A DNA stretch of 64,000 nucleotides, taken from the NCBI RefSeq assembly GCF_009914755.1, contig NC_060926.1. The stretch is one strand, 5' to 3'. A program made the position numbers and the translations under genes. The stretch comes from the human T2T-CHM13v2.0 reference genome, Homo sapiens. Of this stretch, positions 44,469-58,046 are shown one piece after another. The notes beneath the pieces were generated by a model. It was not told the origin of the DNA. It was given only the letters and a program-made list of their open reading frames with translations, and did not search any database. Each line of letters starts with the position of its first letter. The first letter of the stretch is position 1.

Positions 44469-44770
44469 GGTTTGTTTGTTTGTTTGTTTGAGAGGGAGTT
44501 TCGCTCTTCGTGCCCAGGCTGGAGGGCAATGTTGCGATCTCGGCTCACTGCAACCTCCGCCTCCCAGGTCCAAGCAATTCTCCCCTCAGATTCCCAAGTA
44601 GCTGGGATTACAGGTGCCTGCCACCACGCCTGGCTAATTTTTGTATTTTTGGTAAAGACAAGGTTTCTGCATGTTGGCCAGGCTGGTCTCAAACTCCTGA
44701 CCTCAGGTGGTCCGCCTGTCTCAGCCTCCTAAAGTGCTGGGATTACAGGCATGAGCCACCACGCCCAGCC
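44469..44770 (-). mobile_element. AluSq/Sp-like
   Basis: 'gagtttcgctcttcgtgcccaggctgg' with a (TTTG)n tail. Imperfect TSD aaattct(a/g)tgt. Confidence 0.95.
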
Positions 44771-44779
44771 ACAAATTCT

Positions 44780-45540
44780 GTGTTTTTAATAGCTTTATTG
44801 AGATATAATTTACCTGCTATAAAGTTACTCATTTGAAGTATAAAATTTAATAGTTTTAGTCCATTTATAGAGTTGTGCATCATCGTCCTAATCTTGTTAT
44901 AGAACATTTTAACCATCTTCTCCCCAAAAAACCTTGATCACATTAGCAATCTCTCCCCATTCCCTCTGCTGTCCACCCCTCATGCAGCCCCCAGCCATAG
45001 ACAAGAACTCATCAACTCTCTGTCTCTATATATTTGCCTCTTTGGAACATTTCACAAAAAATGGTATTATACAATATATTGTCTTTTATATCTGGCTTCC
45101 TTCATTTAGTATGTTTTTGAGATTCATAGGTGTTGTAGCATCTATCAGTGCTTCATTTCTTTCACTGTCTAATAGTGTTCCATTTCTTGGATATACTACA
45201 TTTTATTTAGTCATTCCTCAGTGGGATCTTTGGGTTGTTTCCATTTTTGACTCTTAATGCTGCCATCCACGCAAAAGGTTTTTCAGTGTTTCATTTTATT
45301 GTCTTTTTTTTTTTTTTTTTTTAACGTATGTTTTCTTTTCTCTTGGGTAGAATTCCACCTAGGAGTACAGTTGCTGAGTCATATGGTAACTCTCTGTTTA
45401 ACCTTTTGAAAAATTGCCAAACTATTTTCAAAATTTGCTGTACCATTTCACATTCCCATCAGCAATATCTGAGGATCCCAATTTCTCTTCATACTTTCTA
45501 ATACTTCTACATCTTTTTTAATATAGGCATTTCAGTGGAT
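44780..45540 (-). mobile_element. L1MB/MC 3' end
   Basis: 'tttaatagctttattgagatataatttac...gctgagtcatatggtaactct...cattcccatcagcaat'. Confidence 0.85.
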
Positions 45541-45555
45541 CCCTAATGATAATAG

Positions 45556-46070
<515 letters not shown>

Positions 46071-47344
46071 TTTAGCGAATCAAAAATTTACGTCCTCAAT
46101 CATGTTTTATTTACAAGTGATTGGCGTATGTCAGGATGTTTAGTGAGCGATACAGGAGTATTTCATTGTATTTGGAGGGAATGATTGAAATGATTTTATA
46201 CAGATAATCTTCTGAATTTGTGATTGGTGTTATATTTCAATTTATCAATTTATTCATATTTATTTAACAAGTTATTACATATATATTTATTCGGTATAGT
46301 TGTGAAAGTCTTATTATATGCCAGTGGCTGTGTTAGAATTTAAGGATAATGCAGTGAGGAGCAACAAGACCCCTGCTTTAACAGAGCTTACAATTTATGG
46401 AAAGACTGCCTCTTACTCTGAGGAAGGTGGGAGTCATCCAGTCTACAGTGGAGCTGAGGGCCTGAGGGAAAGAACTGTTAGAACAGATCACTGGTACAAG
46501 ATCTGTAGTTCTGAGGAGGAGACTCTCCTCTTTGTATAATTTCTCAGAGCCTTTACCGTATGAAATATGCATTGCATATCTCTAGCAAGATTTCCAAGGT
46601 ACCTGAGCACCAGATCTCTTAGTTTGATGAAGTATTTAGGGCTCCACGAAACATTTTCTGAAAAAAAAATTACATAGAACATTGTTGGTCAAGAATTGTC
46701 AGATGAAAAGATTCTTAAAAGACCCTAGAAACAAAACGAGATCATTTACTCAACATCTTTCTTTTTCTAGTGCTACGTGACCTTTTAATCTTGAAATTTT
46801 TCTTGTGTAGATGTTAGGCCTGTAAATTAGTTATGGTAATGTCAATTCAAAGGGTCTTTGAAGTTTAGTTTGTCCTTTATTGGATTCCTGTCTTTCATAT
46901 TTGTCTTTCTAAAGCACTTTAAAATCTTGGAGAAGAAAGTTCAAGGAAAGATGATATAATAGATTATTCTTCCTTGGGCTGCAATACTTTTAAAAGGATT
47001 ATTCCTTATCTTTTTGTTAAATTGACTTCTATAAATTTTTCAAAGTGAAGTGTTTTGGTTCTCAAAGGCTAGGAGTATCCTTTTATCTTCTTTTTCTATT
47101 CTCTCATATTTTCCTTCCTTGACAAATTCATGGCTGAATAACAGTATCGAAATGTTATCATAATTCTTTGGCTAATTATTTTTGTCAAGCCCCCCAAAAG
47201 GCAAAAACAAGCACTGTTTAAAATGTTTAGTTTGGCAGCATGAGATAAATTAGAAGTGCAGAGAATGAGCAACCTATGAGATCATCTGTCTGCTGCTACG
47301 TGCAGCCCATCACAATTCTAGACTGTTAGAAACTCAAGCTCAAT

Positions 47345-47520
47345 TACCCACTTTGCTATTCAGTTCCTGCATACTTTGCGTGAATAACTGCCCCACTCTG
47401 TAACTCAGATTCCTCAGCTGTATAATCAATGGAGTTAATAATACTTATTTCAGTTATTGTGAAGCACCGAGTAGATGGTTGGCATGCAATAAATATAGTT
47501 ACCAACCTATAACATTGGTC
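47345..47520 (+). mobile_element. MIR SINE
   Basis: 'ctctgtaactcagattcctcagctgtataat...aataatacttatttcag...tggcatgcaataaat'. Confidence 0.6.
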
Positions 47521-47599
47521 TAAGGAATGAAGAAACATCTGTTAGAAAGACAGCTTTTTAAATGAAAATACTAATAGTGCCCTGAAGAAAGATTTATCT

Positions 47600-48370
47600 T
47601 TCTTAGTATGTCACAGTTACCAGATGGAAAAATCAGCAAAATACAAAACACTTAATGAATATAGGTATCATGATATCATTATGATCATAAGGAAAAAAGT
47701 GGAACAGTTAGATGGGGTTATAACTGGTAAATCCATACTTGAACGAGATGTCTAACATTTAGAGTGGAGTTCCCCTGGGTTTATTAAAGGTTAGTGTTCT
47801 CTATCTTCCCCAGGGAGAATTTTATAAATATATAAATAACGATATGAATTACCTCTTTGGATAAATATATAAATGCTATTTAATAAAAAAAAAATGTGTC
47901 TGACCTAAAGCTGGAAGGGATTGATAATACGTTGAATAGCAGAATGATGACCATACCATATGGATAGGTGATGTGGTAAACCTAATTTGTGAGCTAATTT
48001 TTTTTGAAGAAATGTGAGAAAGATCTTTTTTGGATTCACAATATTATCTTCACAAATCTTTGAAAGGGAAAATGTAAGTGTGGAAAAGACTTCAGTATTT
48101 AAAATTACTGTAATTGCAAAATAAGAGTTATAGTGTGCTAAGGAGATACTTCTGACAAAAACAGTCCCATGTAACTATAGCCAGATCAAATTGATATGAA
48201 GTATCTGCAACAGTGGAGATTATTGACCTATTCAGTTTTAGACTTCATTATGACAGTGTTAGTTTCAGTGGAGCTACTCCATTCTGAGGGACAAAGATAA
48301 ACGTTAAGGTATTCAAGAAAAGTTAAATAGTTGTGGGCAGTTGTTGATAAAAGGATTAAGACATTAAGAA
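47600..48370 (+). mobile_element. L3/CR1 LINE relic
   Basis: 'gtggagttcccctggg...gacctaaagctggaagg...gaaaagacttcagtattt' are degenerate CR1 RT motifs. Confidence 0.4.
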
Positions 48371-50804
48371 TAGCCATGTAGTTTGGAAAATCAACTACAA
48401 AAAATTATATCTGGAAATATCTTTCCAAAACTAGCTTTGACATTTTTGTTTCTACAACTCCATGTTTAGGCATGTAACATGAAGGAATCTCTCCTCACGT
48501 AAAAGAAATGCCTAGGGTTTTAAATTCCAGCATAGTTGTATAATATTGAAAACTACCTAAGGTGCTCATTGAATAATTTATGTATAACCACTGAGTAGAA
48601 TAGTATTTGGCCATAAAAAAGAATGAAGAAAGTTTTCTCTGAACTGATATAAAGTGATTAAGAAGATATATGTTGTAAAGTATAATTACAGTATTTTAAC
48701 TTTTGTTTCACAAATAAGGAAAAATAAGAATGTATGATATTTTTTCTCTCTCTTGAGATATCTCTATATCTGTTTGTCTATTTGTCTGAATCTGTCTGTC
48801 TGCTTGGGTATACTTTCCTGGCCAAAAAGAAAAAAAAAAACAAAAAACAGAAGTATAAACAGAAACTAAAAAATAGTTACCTCTGTAGAGTAGGTGAAAA
48901 TGGGATAGAGGGAATAAGAATCGGAATGTAAGTTCCTTGAAAGCAAGAAACTTGCTTTATATAGTAAACTCTTTATGTAGTTGACGTTTTAATTATAAAA
49001 ATATCCTATATATTTAAACAAACAAAATTAAAAGGATGAAAAAATCAGTTGAATCAATCAGACATACATGATCTTAACCAAATATCAAATTATTTACTAC
49101 CATACTGAGAAAATAATAATTTAAGTAACTTTTACTTGATTAATTAATTTGTCAATTAACGTACTAATTCATCAACAAATTAAGATTATAAATTCAGGTA
49201 ACATTATTCCTAAAAAACTCCATCTTAAATTCATCTGACTTTTCTATATTTCAATATTACCATTTCCCCATGATTTATACATGCTTAGAAAGATAAATTC
49301 TAAAGTCCAATACAACTGCAAAAATATCATTAGCTCTTGTTTTTTATTATAGTTGTATTGGTGTGGTCATTCTCACATTGTTTTCTGTATATATTGTATG
49401 AAAGAATTAGTGAGTAAATGCATTAGCATGGTTGGAAGAAAGGAGGCACAAATATGGAATGGGTATGTGTGGAAGAATGCTTTAGTGTTGGATTTTCTTT
49501 AGAAGTATCAGTATAACCCTGTTAGACATAGACACATACACATATTTAATACAAACTTCAAGCACATTTTCATCCATCTTAAATTTATCTGACTATTCTA
49601 TGTTTCAATATTACCATTTCTTCTTGATTGAAGGATGTCATTATGCCTGTTTGTGCATATAATGAACAGATATTGATTTCTAAATACCACTCACTAAACA
49701 CACATTGAAAACTGGGAAACTTAAATGGCTGATTTCAGGTCTGCAACAAGAAAGAACAAATTGGGTTATGCCAGAAAGCAATGGCATACTCAATGGTTAA
49801 TAGGATAAGGTTGAAAAGGCACAGATGCTCTGTATAGGGAATTTATTGACCACATTTGGGGTATGTAGCTTCAGTAAGAAAAATATAGAATAACATGTTG
49901 AATTACAAAAAAAATCCAAGAGTACATAGTAATACAAGAGATAAAAAGAAAGACAAAAATGGCAGTTCTTTTAAAAAAGAATTATGTGATTTTATTAGCC
50001 CTTCTTCACCCTATTGCTGATAGAGGGATTCCTACTCTAGTGTTATATGGATGACAGAATATAACACCTGACACTGGGCAGATGAGATCAACTGCAGTTC
50101 ATACACATTCATACTCACATATGGCATACATATATATACTCTCAGCTAGGGGGGGAGAGCACCCCATGCCACAGAGGCCCACACAGGTTGCACTTGGGAA
50201 CAAAGTGAATAACCAGGGACTGTGGACAGCAAGATTTATAGTGTCAACAGAGGGAAAGGCCCCAGTACTCATGGGAGGATGTGGTTGGTTTAGTTATTTT
50301 TTTATTTTAAAATGTAATGTAAATTAATTTTAAGTTCTGGGATACATGTGCAGGATGTGCAGGTTTGTTACATAGGTAAACGTGTGCTATGGTGGTTTGC
50401 TGCACCTATCAACCTATCACATAGGTATTAAGTCCTGTAAGAATTAGCTGTTTGTCCTAATGCTCTCCCTCCCCTCACCCCCTCAAAGGGCCCTAGTGAG
50501 TGTTGTTCCCCTCCCTGTGTCAATATGTTCTCATTGTTCAGCTCCCACTTAGAAATGAGAAGAGGCAGTGTTTTGTTTTCTGTTCCTGTGTTAGTTTGCT
50601 GAGGATAATGGCTCCCGGCTCCATCCATGTCTCTGCAAAGACATGATCTCCTTCCTTTTTATGGCTGTATAACATTCCATGATGTATTTTCTTTATCCAG
50701 TCTATTATTGATGGGCATTTGGGTTGATTTCATATCTTTGCTATTGTGAATAGTGCTGCAATAAACATGCACATGCATGTATCCCAGTAATGGGATTGCT
50801 AGTC

Positions 50805-50867
50805 AAATGGCATTTCTGGTTCTAGAAATGCCATTTCTGGTTCTAGAAATGCCATTTCTGGTTCTAG
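50805..50867. repeat. 21-bp tandem triplication inside the L1
   Basis: aaatg(g/c)catttctggttctag x3. Confidence 0.95.
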
Positions 50868-51555
50868 GTCTTTGAAGAATTGCCATGCTGTCTTCCACAG
50901 TGGTTGAACTGATTTACATTTTCACCAACAGTGTAAAAGCATTCCTATCTCTCCACAGCTTCACCAGCTCTGTTCTTTCTTAAATTTTTAATAATCACCA
51001 TTCTGACTGGCGTGAGATGCTTCTCATTGTGGTTCTGATTTACGTTTCTCAATTGATCAGTGATGTTGAGCTTTTTTTCATGCTTCTTGGCCATATAAAT
51101 GTCTTCTTTTGAGAAGTGTCTGTTCATGTCCTTTGCCCACTTTTTAATGGTGTTGTTTGTTTTGTTTCTTGTAAATTAATTTAAGTTCCTTGTAAATTTT
51201 GGATATTAGACCCTTGTCAGATGGATAAATTGGAAAAATTTTCTCCCATTCTGTAGGTTGTCTGTTCAACTGATGATAGTCTCTTTTGCTGTGCAGAAGC
51301 TCTTTAGTTTAATTAGATCCCATTTGTTAATTTTTTCTTTTGTTGTAATTGTTTTGGCTGCTTTCATCATGAAATTTTTGCCTATGCCTATGTACTGAAT
51401 GGCATTGCCTGCATATTGTTCTAAGGTTTTCACAGTTTTGGGCTGTACCTTTAAATCTTTAATCTGTCTTGAGTTAATTTTTGTATAAGGTGTAAGGAGG
51501 GGTTCAGTTTCAATTTTCTACATGTGGCTAGCCAGTTCTCCCAGCACCATTTATT

Positions 51556-52426
51556 TTACATTTATTTATTTATTTAGTTTTTGTTTTTTTTCTAGGTCAA
51601 GTTTTTTTTTATTATTATTATTATACTTTAAGTTTTAGGGTACATGTGCACAACGTGCAGGTTTGTTACATATGTATACATGTGCTATGTTGGTGTGCTG
51701 CACCCGTTAACTCGTCATTTACATTAGGTATATCTCCTAATGCTATCCTTCCCCCTTCCCCCTACCCCACGACAGGCCCCAGTGTGTGATGTTCCCCACC
51801 CTGTGTCCCAGTGTTCTCATTGTTCAATTCCCACCTATGAGTGAGAACATGCGGTGTTTGGTTTTCTGTACTTGCGATAGTTTGCTGAGAATGATAGTTT
51901 CCCGCTTCATCCATGTCCCTACAGAGGACACGAACTCATCCTTTTTTATGGCTGCATAGTATTCCATGGTGTATATGTGCCACATTTTCTTAATCCAGTC
52001 TATCATTGGTGGACATTTGGGTTGGTTCCAAGTCTTTGCTATTGCGAATAGTGCTGCAATAAACATACGTGTGCATGTGTCTTTATAGCAGCATGATTTA
52101 TAATCCTTTGGTTATATACCCAGTAATGGGATGGCTGGGTCAAATGGTATTTCTAGTTCTAGATCCCTGAGGAATCGCCACACTGACTTCCACAATGGTT
52201 GAACTAGTTTACAGTCCCACCAACAGTGTAAAAGTGTTCCTATTTCTCCACATCCTCCCCAGCACCTGTTCTTTCCTGACTTTTTAATGATTGCCATTCT
52301 AACTGGTGTGAGATGGTATCTCATTGTGGTTGATTTGTATTTCTCTGATGGCCAGTGATGATAAGCATTTTTTCATGTGTTTTTTGGCTGCATAAATGTC
52401 TTCTTTTGAGACGTGTCTGTTCATAT
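51556..52426 (-). mobile_element. 5'-truncated L1PA4-like insertion nested in the older L1 (same orientation)
   Basis: 'tactttaagttttagggtacatg' 3' end. Perfect 15-bp TSD ccagcaccatttatt at 51541-51555 and 52427-52441. Confidence 0.97.
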
Positions 52427-55400
52427 CCAGCACCATTTATTAAATAGGGAATCCTTTCCTCATTGCTTGTTTTTGTCAGGTTTGTTGAAGATCAAATGGT
52501 TGTAGATGTGTGGTGTTATTTCTGAGGCCTCTGCTCTGTTCCATTGGTCTATATATCCGTTTTGGTACCAGTACCATGCTGTTTTGGTTACTGTAGCCTT
52601 GTAGTATGATTTGAAGTCAGGTAGCATGATGCCTCCAGCTTTGTTCTTGCCCAGAATTGTCTTGGCTATGCGGGCTCTTTTTTGGTTCCATGTGAAGTTT
52701 AAAGTAGTTTTTTTCCAATTCTGTGAAGAATGCCAATGGTAGTTTAATGGGAGGGAATAACATCGAATGTATAAATTATTTTGGGCTGTATGGCCATTTT
52801 CATAATATTGATTATACCTATCATTGAACATGGAATGTTTTTCCATTTGTCTGTGTCCTATCTTATTTCCTTGAGCCATGGTTTGTAGTTTTCCTTGAAG
52901 AGGTCCTTCACCTCCCTTGTTAGCTGTATTCCTAGGTATTTTACTCCTTTTGTAGCAATTGTGAATGGGAGTTCATTTATGATTTTGCTCTCTGCTTGTC
53001 TATTATTAGTGTATAGGAAAGTTTATGATTTTTGCTCATTGATTTTGTATCCTGAGACTTTGGTGAAGTTGCTTATGAGCTTAAGAAGTTTTTAGACTGA
53101 GACAGTTGGGGTTTTCTAGATATAGGATCATGTCATCTGCAAATAGAGACAGTTTGACTTCCTCTCTTCCTACCTGAATACCCTTTATTTTTTCTCTTGC
53201 CTGATTGCCCTGGCCAGAACTTCAAATACTATGTTAAATAGTAGTTGTGAAACAGGACATCCTTGTCTTGTGCTGATTTGCAAGAGGAGTGTTTCCAGCT
53301 TTTGCCCTTTCAATATGATATTGGCTGTGGGTTTGTAATAAATGGCTCTTATTTTTTTGAGGTATGTTCCTTCAATACCTAGTTTATTGAGAATTTTTAA
53401 CATGAAGCGATGTTGAATTTTATCAAAGGCCTTTTCTGCATCTATTGAGAATCATGTGGTTTTTATATTTAGTTCTGTTTATGTGATGAATTACATTTAT
53501 TGATTTGCATATGTTGAACTAGCCTTGTATCCCAGGGATGAAGTGACTTGATCATGGTGGATAAGCTTTTTGATATGTTGCTGGATCCAGTTTGCCAGTA
53601 TTTTGTTGAGGATTTTTGCATTGATGTTTGTCAGGCATTGATATTGGCCTGAAATTTTCTTTGTGGTATCTCTGCCAGGTTTTGGTATCAGGATGATGCT
53701 GGCTGCATAAGATGAATTAAAGAGAAGTCCCTCTTTTTCAATTGTTTGCAGTAGTTTCAGAAGAAGTGGCACCAGCTCCTCTTTGTACTTCTGGTAGAAT
53801 TCAGCTGTAAATACATCTGATCCTGGGCTTTTTTTTTGTGGTTTGTAGGCTATTAATTAGTGTCTCAATTTCAGAACTTGTTATTGGACTATTCAAGGAT
53901 TCAACTTCTTCCTCGTTCAGTCTTGGGAGGGTGTATGTGTCCAGTAATTTGTCCATTTCTTATAGATTTTATAGTTTATTTGCATAGGGGTATTTATAGC
54001 ATTCTCTGATGATTGTTTGTATTTCTTTAGGGTCTGTGGTGATATCCCCTTTATCATTTTTTATTGTGTCTATATGATTCTTTTTTCTTCTTTATTAGTC
54101 CAGCTAGTGGTCTATTTTATTAATGTTTTCAAAAACAAACTGGATTCATTGATTTTTTGAAGGGTTTTTTGGGTCCCTTTCTCCTTCAGTTCTGCTCTGA
54201 TCTTGGTTATTTCTTGTCTTCTGCCAGTTTTGGGGTTTGTTTACTGTTGGTTCTCTAATTCTTTTAGTTGTGATTTTAGGATATTGATTTGAGCTCTTTC
54301 TAGCTTTTTGATGTGGACATTTTAGTGCTACAAATTTTCCTCTTAACACTGCTTTAGCTGCATCCCAGTGATTTTGATACATTGTCTCTTTGTTCTCATT
54401 GGTTTCAAAGAACTTCTTGATGTATGCCTTAATTTCATTATTTACCCAGGAGTCATTCAGGAGCAGGTTGTTCAATTTTCATGTAGTTGTGTGCTTTTGA
54501 GTGAGTTTCTTGATCCTAAGTTCTAATTTGATGGCACTGTGGTCTGAGAGACTGGTTGTTATGATTTCAGTTCTTTTGCATTTGCTGAGGATTATTTTAC
54601 TTCCAATTATGGGATCAATTTTAGAGTAAGTGCCATGTAGCACTCAGAAGAATTTATATTCTGTTGTTTTGGGGTGGAGAGTTCTGTAGGTATCTATCAG
54701 GTACACTTGCTGCAGAACTGAGTTCAAGTCCCGTATATCCCTGTTAATTTTCAATTGTGATGATCTGTCTTATATTGACAGTGGGGTGTTGAAGTCTCAC
54801 ACTGTTACTATGTGGGAATCTAAGTCTCTTTGTAAGTCTCTAAGAACATGTTTTATGAATCTGGGTTCTTCTGTATTGGGTACATATATATTTCTGATAG
54901 CTAGCTCTTCTTGTTGAATTGAACCCTTTAGCATTATGCAATGCCCTTCTTTGTCTTTTTTGATCTGTGTTGGTTTAAAGTCTGTTTTGTCAGAAAACTA
55001 GGATTGCAACCCTTGCTATATTCTGCTTTCCATTTGCTTGTTAAATTTTCCCCCATCCCTTTCTTTTGTGTCTTTGTACGTGAGATGGGTTTCTTGAATG
55101 CAGCACACTGATGGGTCTTGACTCTATCCAGCTTGCCATTCTCTGTCTTTTGATCAGGGCATTTAGCATGTTTACATTTAAGGTTAATATTATTATGTTT
55201 GATTTGTGTGTCCTTGGTCTTTGTTCTTCAGTGTGTTTTTGTAATGGCTGTTAACGATTTTTCCCTTCCATATTTAGCCCTTCCTACAATAGCTCTTACA
55301 AGGCAGGCATGATGGTGACGAATTCCCTCAGCATTTACTTTTCTGAAAAAGATGTTATTTCTCCTTTGCTTTTGAAACTTAGTTTGGCCAGATGTGAAAT

Positions 55401-55431
55401 TCTGGGTTGGAAATTCTTTTCTTTAAGAATG

Positions 55432-56365
55432 GGAGAAAATTTTTACAATCTACCCATCTGACAAAGGGCTAATGTCCAGAATCTACAAAAAACTTAAATA
55501 AATTTACAAGAAAAAATCAAACAACCCCATCAAAAAGTGGGCAAAGGATATGAACAGACACTTCTCAAAAGAAGACATTTATGCAGCCAAAAGACACATG
55601 AAAAAATGCTCATCATCACTGGCCATCAGAGAAATGCAAATCAAAACCACAATGAGATACCATCTCACACCAGTTAGAATGGCAGTCATTAAAAAGTCAG
55701 GAAACAACAGGTGCTGGAGAGGATGTGGAGAAATAGGAACACTTTTACAATGTTGGTGGGACTGTAAACTAATTCAACCATTGTGGAAGACAGTGTGGTG
55801 ATTCCTCAAGGATCTAGAACTAGAAATACCATTTGACCCAGCCATCCCATTACTGGGTATATATCCAAAGGATTATAAATCATGCTGCTATAAAGACACA
55901 TGCACACGTATGTTTATTATGGCACTATTCACAATAGCAAAGACTTGGAACCAACCCAAATGTCCACCAATGATAGACTGGATTAAGACAATGTGGCACA
56001 TATACACCATGGAATACTATGCAGCTATAAAAAAGGATGAGTTCATGTCCTTTGTAGGGACATGGATGAAGCTGGAAACCATCATTCTCAGCAAACTATC
56101 GCAAGGACAGAAAACCAAACACCGCATGTTCTCACTCATAGGTGGGAATTGAACAATGAGAACACTTGGACACAGGGTGGGGAACATCACACACCAGGGT
56201 CTGTTGTGGGGTGGGGGTAAGGGGGAAGGATAGCATTAGGAGATATACCTAATGTAAATGACGAGTTAATGGGTGCAGCACACCAACATGGCACATGTAT
56301 ACATATGTAACAAACCTGCACGTTGTACACATGTACCCTAGAACTTAAAGTATAAAAAAAAAGAA
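55432..56365 (+). mobile_element. 5'-truncated L1PA5-like insertion nested in the older L1 (opposite orientation)
   Basis: ORF2p C-terminal fragments at 55550-55801 and 55910-56152, and 3' end 'accctagaacttaaagtataaaa'. TSD aagaatg at 55425-55431 and 56366-56372. Confidence 0.97.
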
Positions 56366-57871
56366 AAGAATGTTGAATATTGGCCCTCAATCTCTTCTGG
56401 AATATAGGGTTTCTGCTGAGAGGTCCACTGTTAGTCTGACAGGCTTCCCTTTATAGGTGACCTGACCTTTTTCTCTGGCTGCCTTTAACATTTTTTCCTT
56501 CATTTCAACCTTGGAGAATCTGATGATTATGTGTCTTGGGGTTGATCTTCTCATGGAGTATCTTACTGGGGTTCTCTGGATTTCCTGAATTTGAATGTTC
56601 ACCTGTCTTGGTAGGTTGAAAAAGTTCTCCTGGATGATATCCTGACGTATGTTTTACAACTTGGTTTCATTCTGCCTGTCTCTTTCAGCTACCCCTATCA
56701 GTCATAGGTTCAGTCTTTTTACATAATCTCATAGTTCTTGGAGGTTTTGTTCATTCCTTTTCATTCTTTTTTTTTCCTAATCTTCTCTTCCTGTTTTATT
56801 TCAGCAAGATAGTCTTCAAGCTCTGAAATTCTTTCCTCTGCTTGATCTCTTCAGTTATTGATACTTGTATTTGCATTGTGAAGTTATTGTGTTGTGTTTT
56901 TCAGCTCCATCCGGTCATTTATGTTCCTCTCTAAACTGGTTATTCTGTTTAACAGCTCCTTCTGAAGACTACTTCCGTCAGTTTATCCATCTCAGCCTCT
57001 GCCTAGTTCTGTGCTCTTGCTGGAGAGGTGCTGCAATCATTTGGAGGAGAAGAGGCACTCTGGCTTTTTGAGTTTTCAACATTTTTTCATTGATTCTTTC
57101 TCATCTTCATGAGTTTATCCAGCTTTGATCACAGAAGCTGCTGACCTTTGGATGGGTTTTTTTGTGGGGACTTTTTTGTTGACGTTATTGTTATTGTTGC
57201 TTTCTGTTTGTTTATTTTTCTTTTAAGAGTCAGGCTCTTCTTTCATAGGCGTGCTGCAGTTTGCTTGGGGTCCACTCCAGACTCTATTTACCTGGTTCCT
57301 TTCCACACCTGGAAGTGTCACCAGTGGAGGCTATAGAACAGTAAAGATGGCTGCCTTTTCTTTCCTCTGGGATCTCTGTACCAGAGGGGCACTGACCTGA
57401 TGCCAACAGAAATGCTACTGTATAATGTGTCTGGCAACCCTAATTGAGGGTTCTCCTCCAGTCAGGAGGCACCGGATGTGGGACTCACTAACTGAGGCAT
57501 GTTGGCTGCTCCTTGGTGGAGGAGGTGCACTGTGCTGGGAGGAATCCCACTTGTCTAGACTGCCCAGATTCCTCAAAGCCAGCAGGGGCAAAGACTAAGT
57601 CTACTGATTTGCGAAGACTGCGGCCACCCCTCCTTCTAGGGGCTCAGTCCCAGAGAGATTAGAGTTCTGTTGCTAAAACCCTGGCTGGAGTTTCTGAAAT
57701 TCTTGTAGGGAGGGCTTGCCTAGGGAAATGGTGTGGGTAAGGATCCAGCCTAAAGAGGCAATCTGGCCACACTCTGCCACAGCCACGGTGCTGCACTATG
57801 GGGAATTCCTCCAGGGTCCAAACCATCCATTTTCCCTGGCATTGCAGGGGAAAGATGGCAAACTGGAGCTG

Positions 57872-58046
57872 CAGTGATGGCGGCCACCCCTCCTCCCGGA
57901 ACTCAGTCATCTTATGCAGCAGGCAGCCACAGTGATGGCTGCCGCCCTTCCCCTTGAAAGCTCAGCCATCTTAGGCAGCATGCAGCCACAGTGATGATGG
58001 CCACCCCTCCCTCTGGGAACTCGGTAGTCTTAGGCAGTCTCCAGCC
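57872..58046 (-). repeat. Three ~58-59-bp tandem units in the L1 5' UTR
   Basis: 'cagtgatg..gcc(a/g)ccc(c/t)...ctc(a/g)g...tctta(t/g)gcag' starting at 57872, 57930 and 57989. Confidence 0.85.

Noticed and set aside
49219-50867. Direct repeats (48 bp x2, 21 bp x3) as a CRISPR-like array
   Set aside because: Only two copies with a 306-bp spacer, or tandem copies with no spacer. Eukaryotic L1 context and no cas genes.
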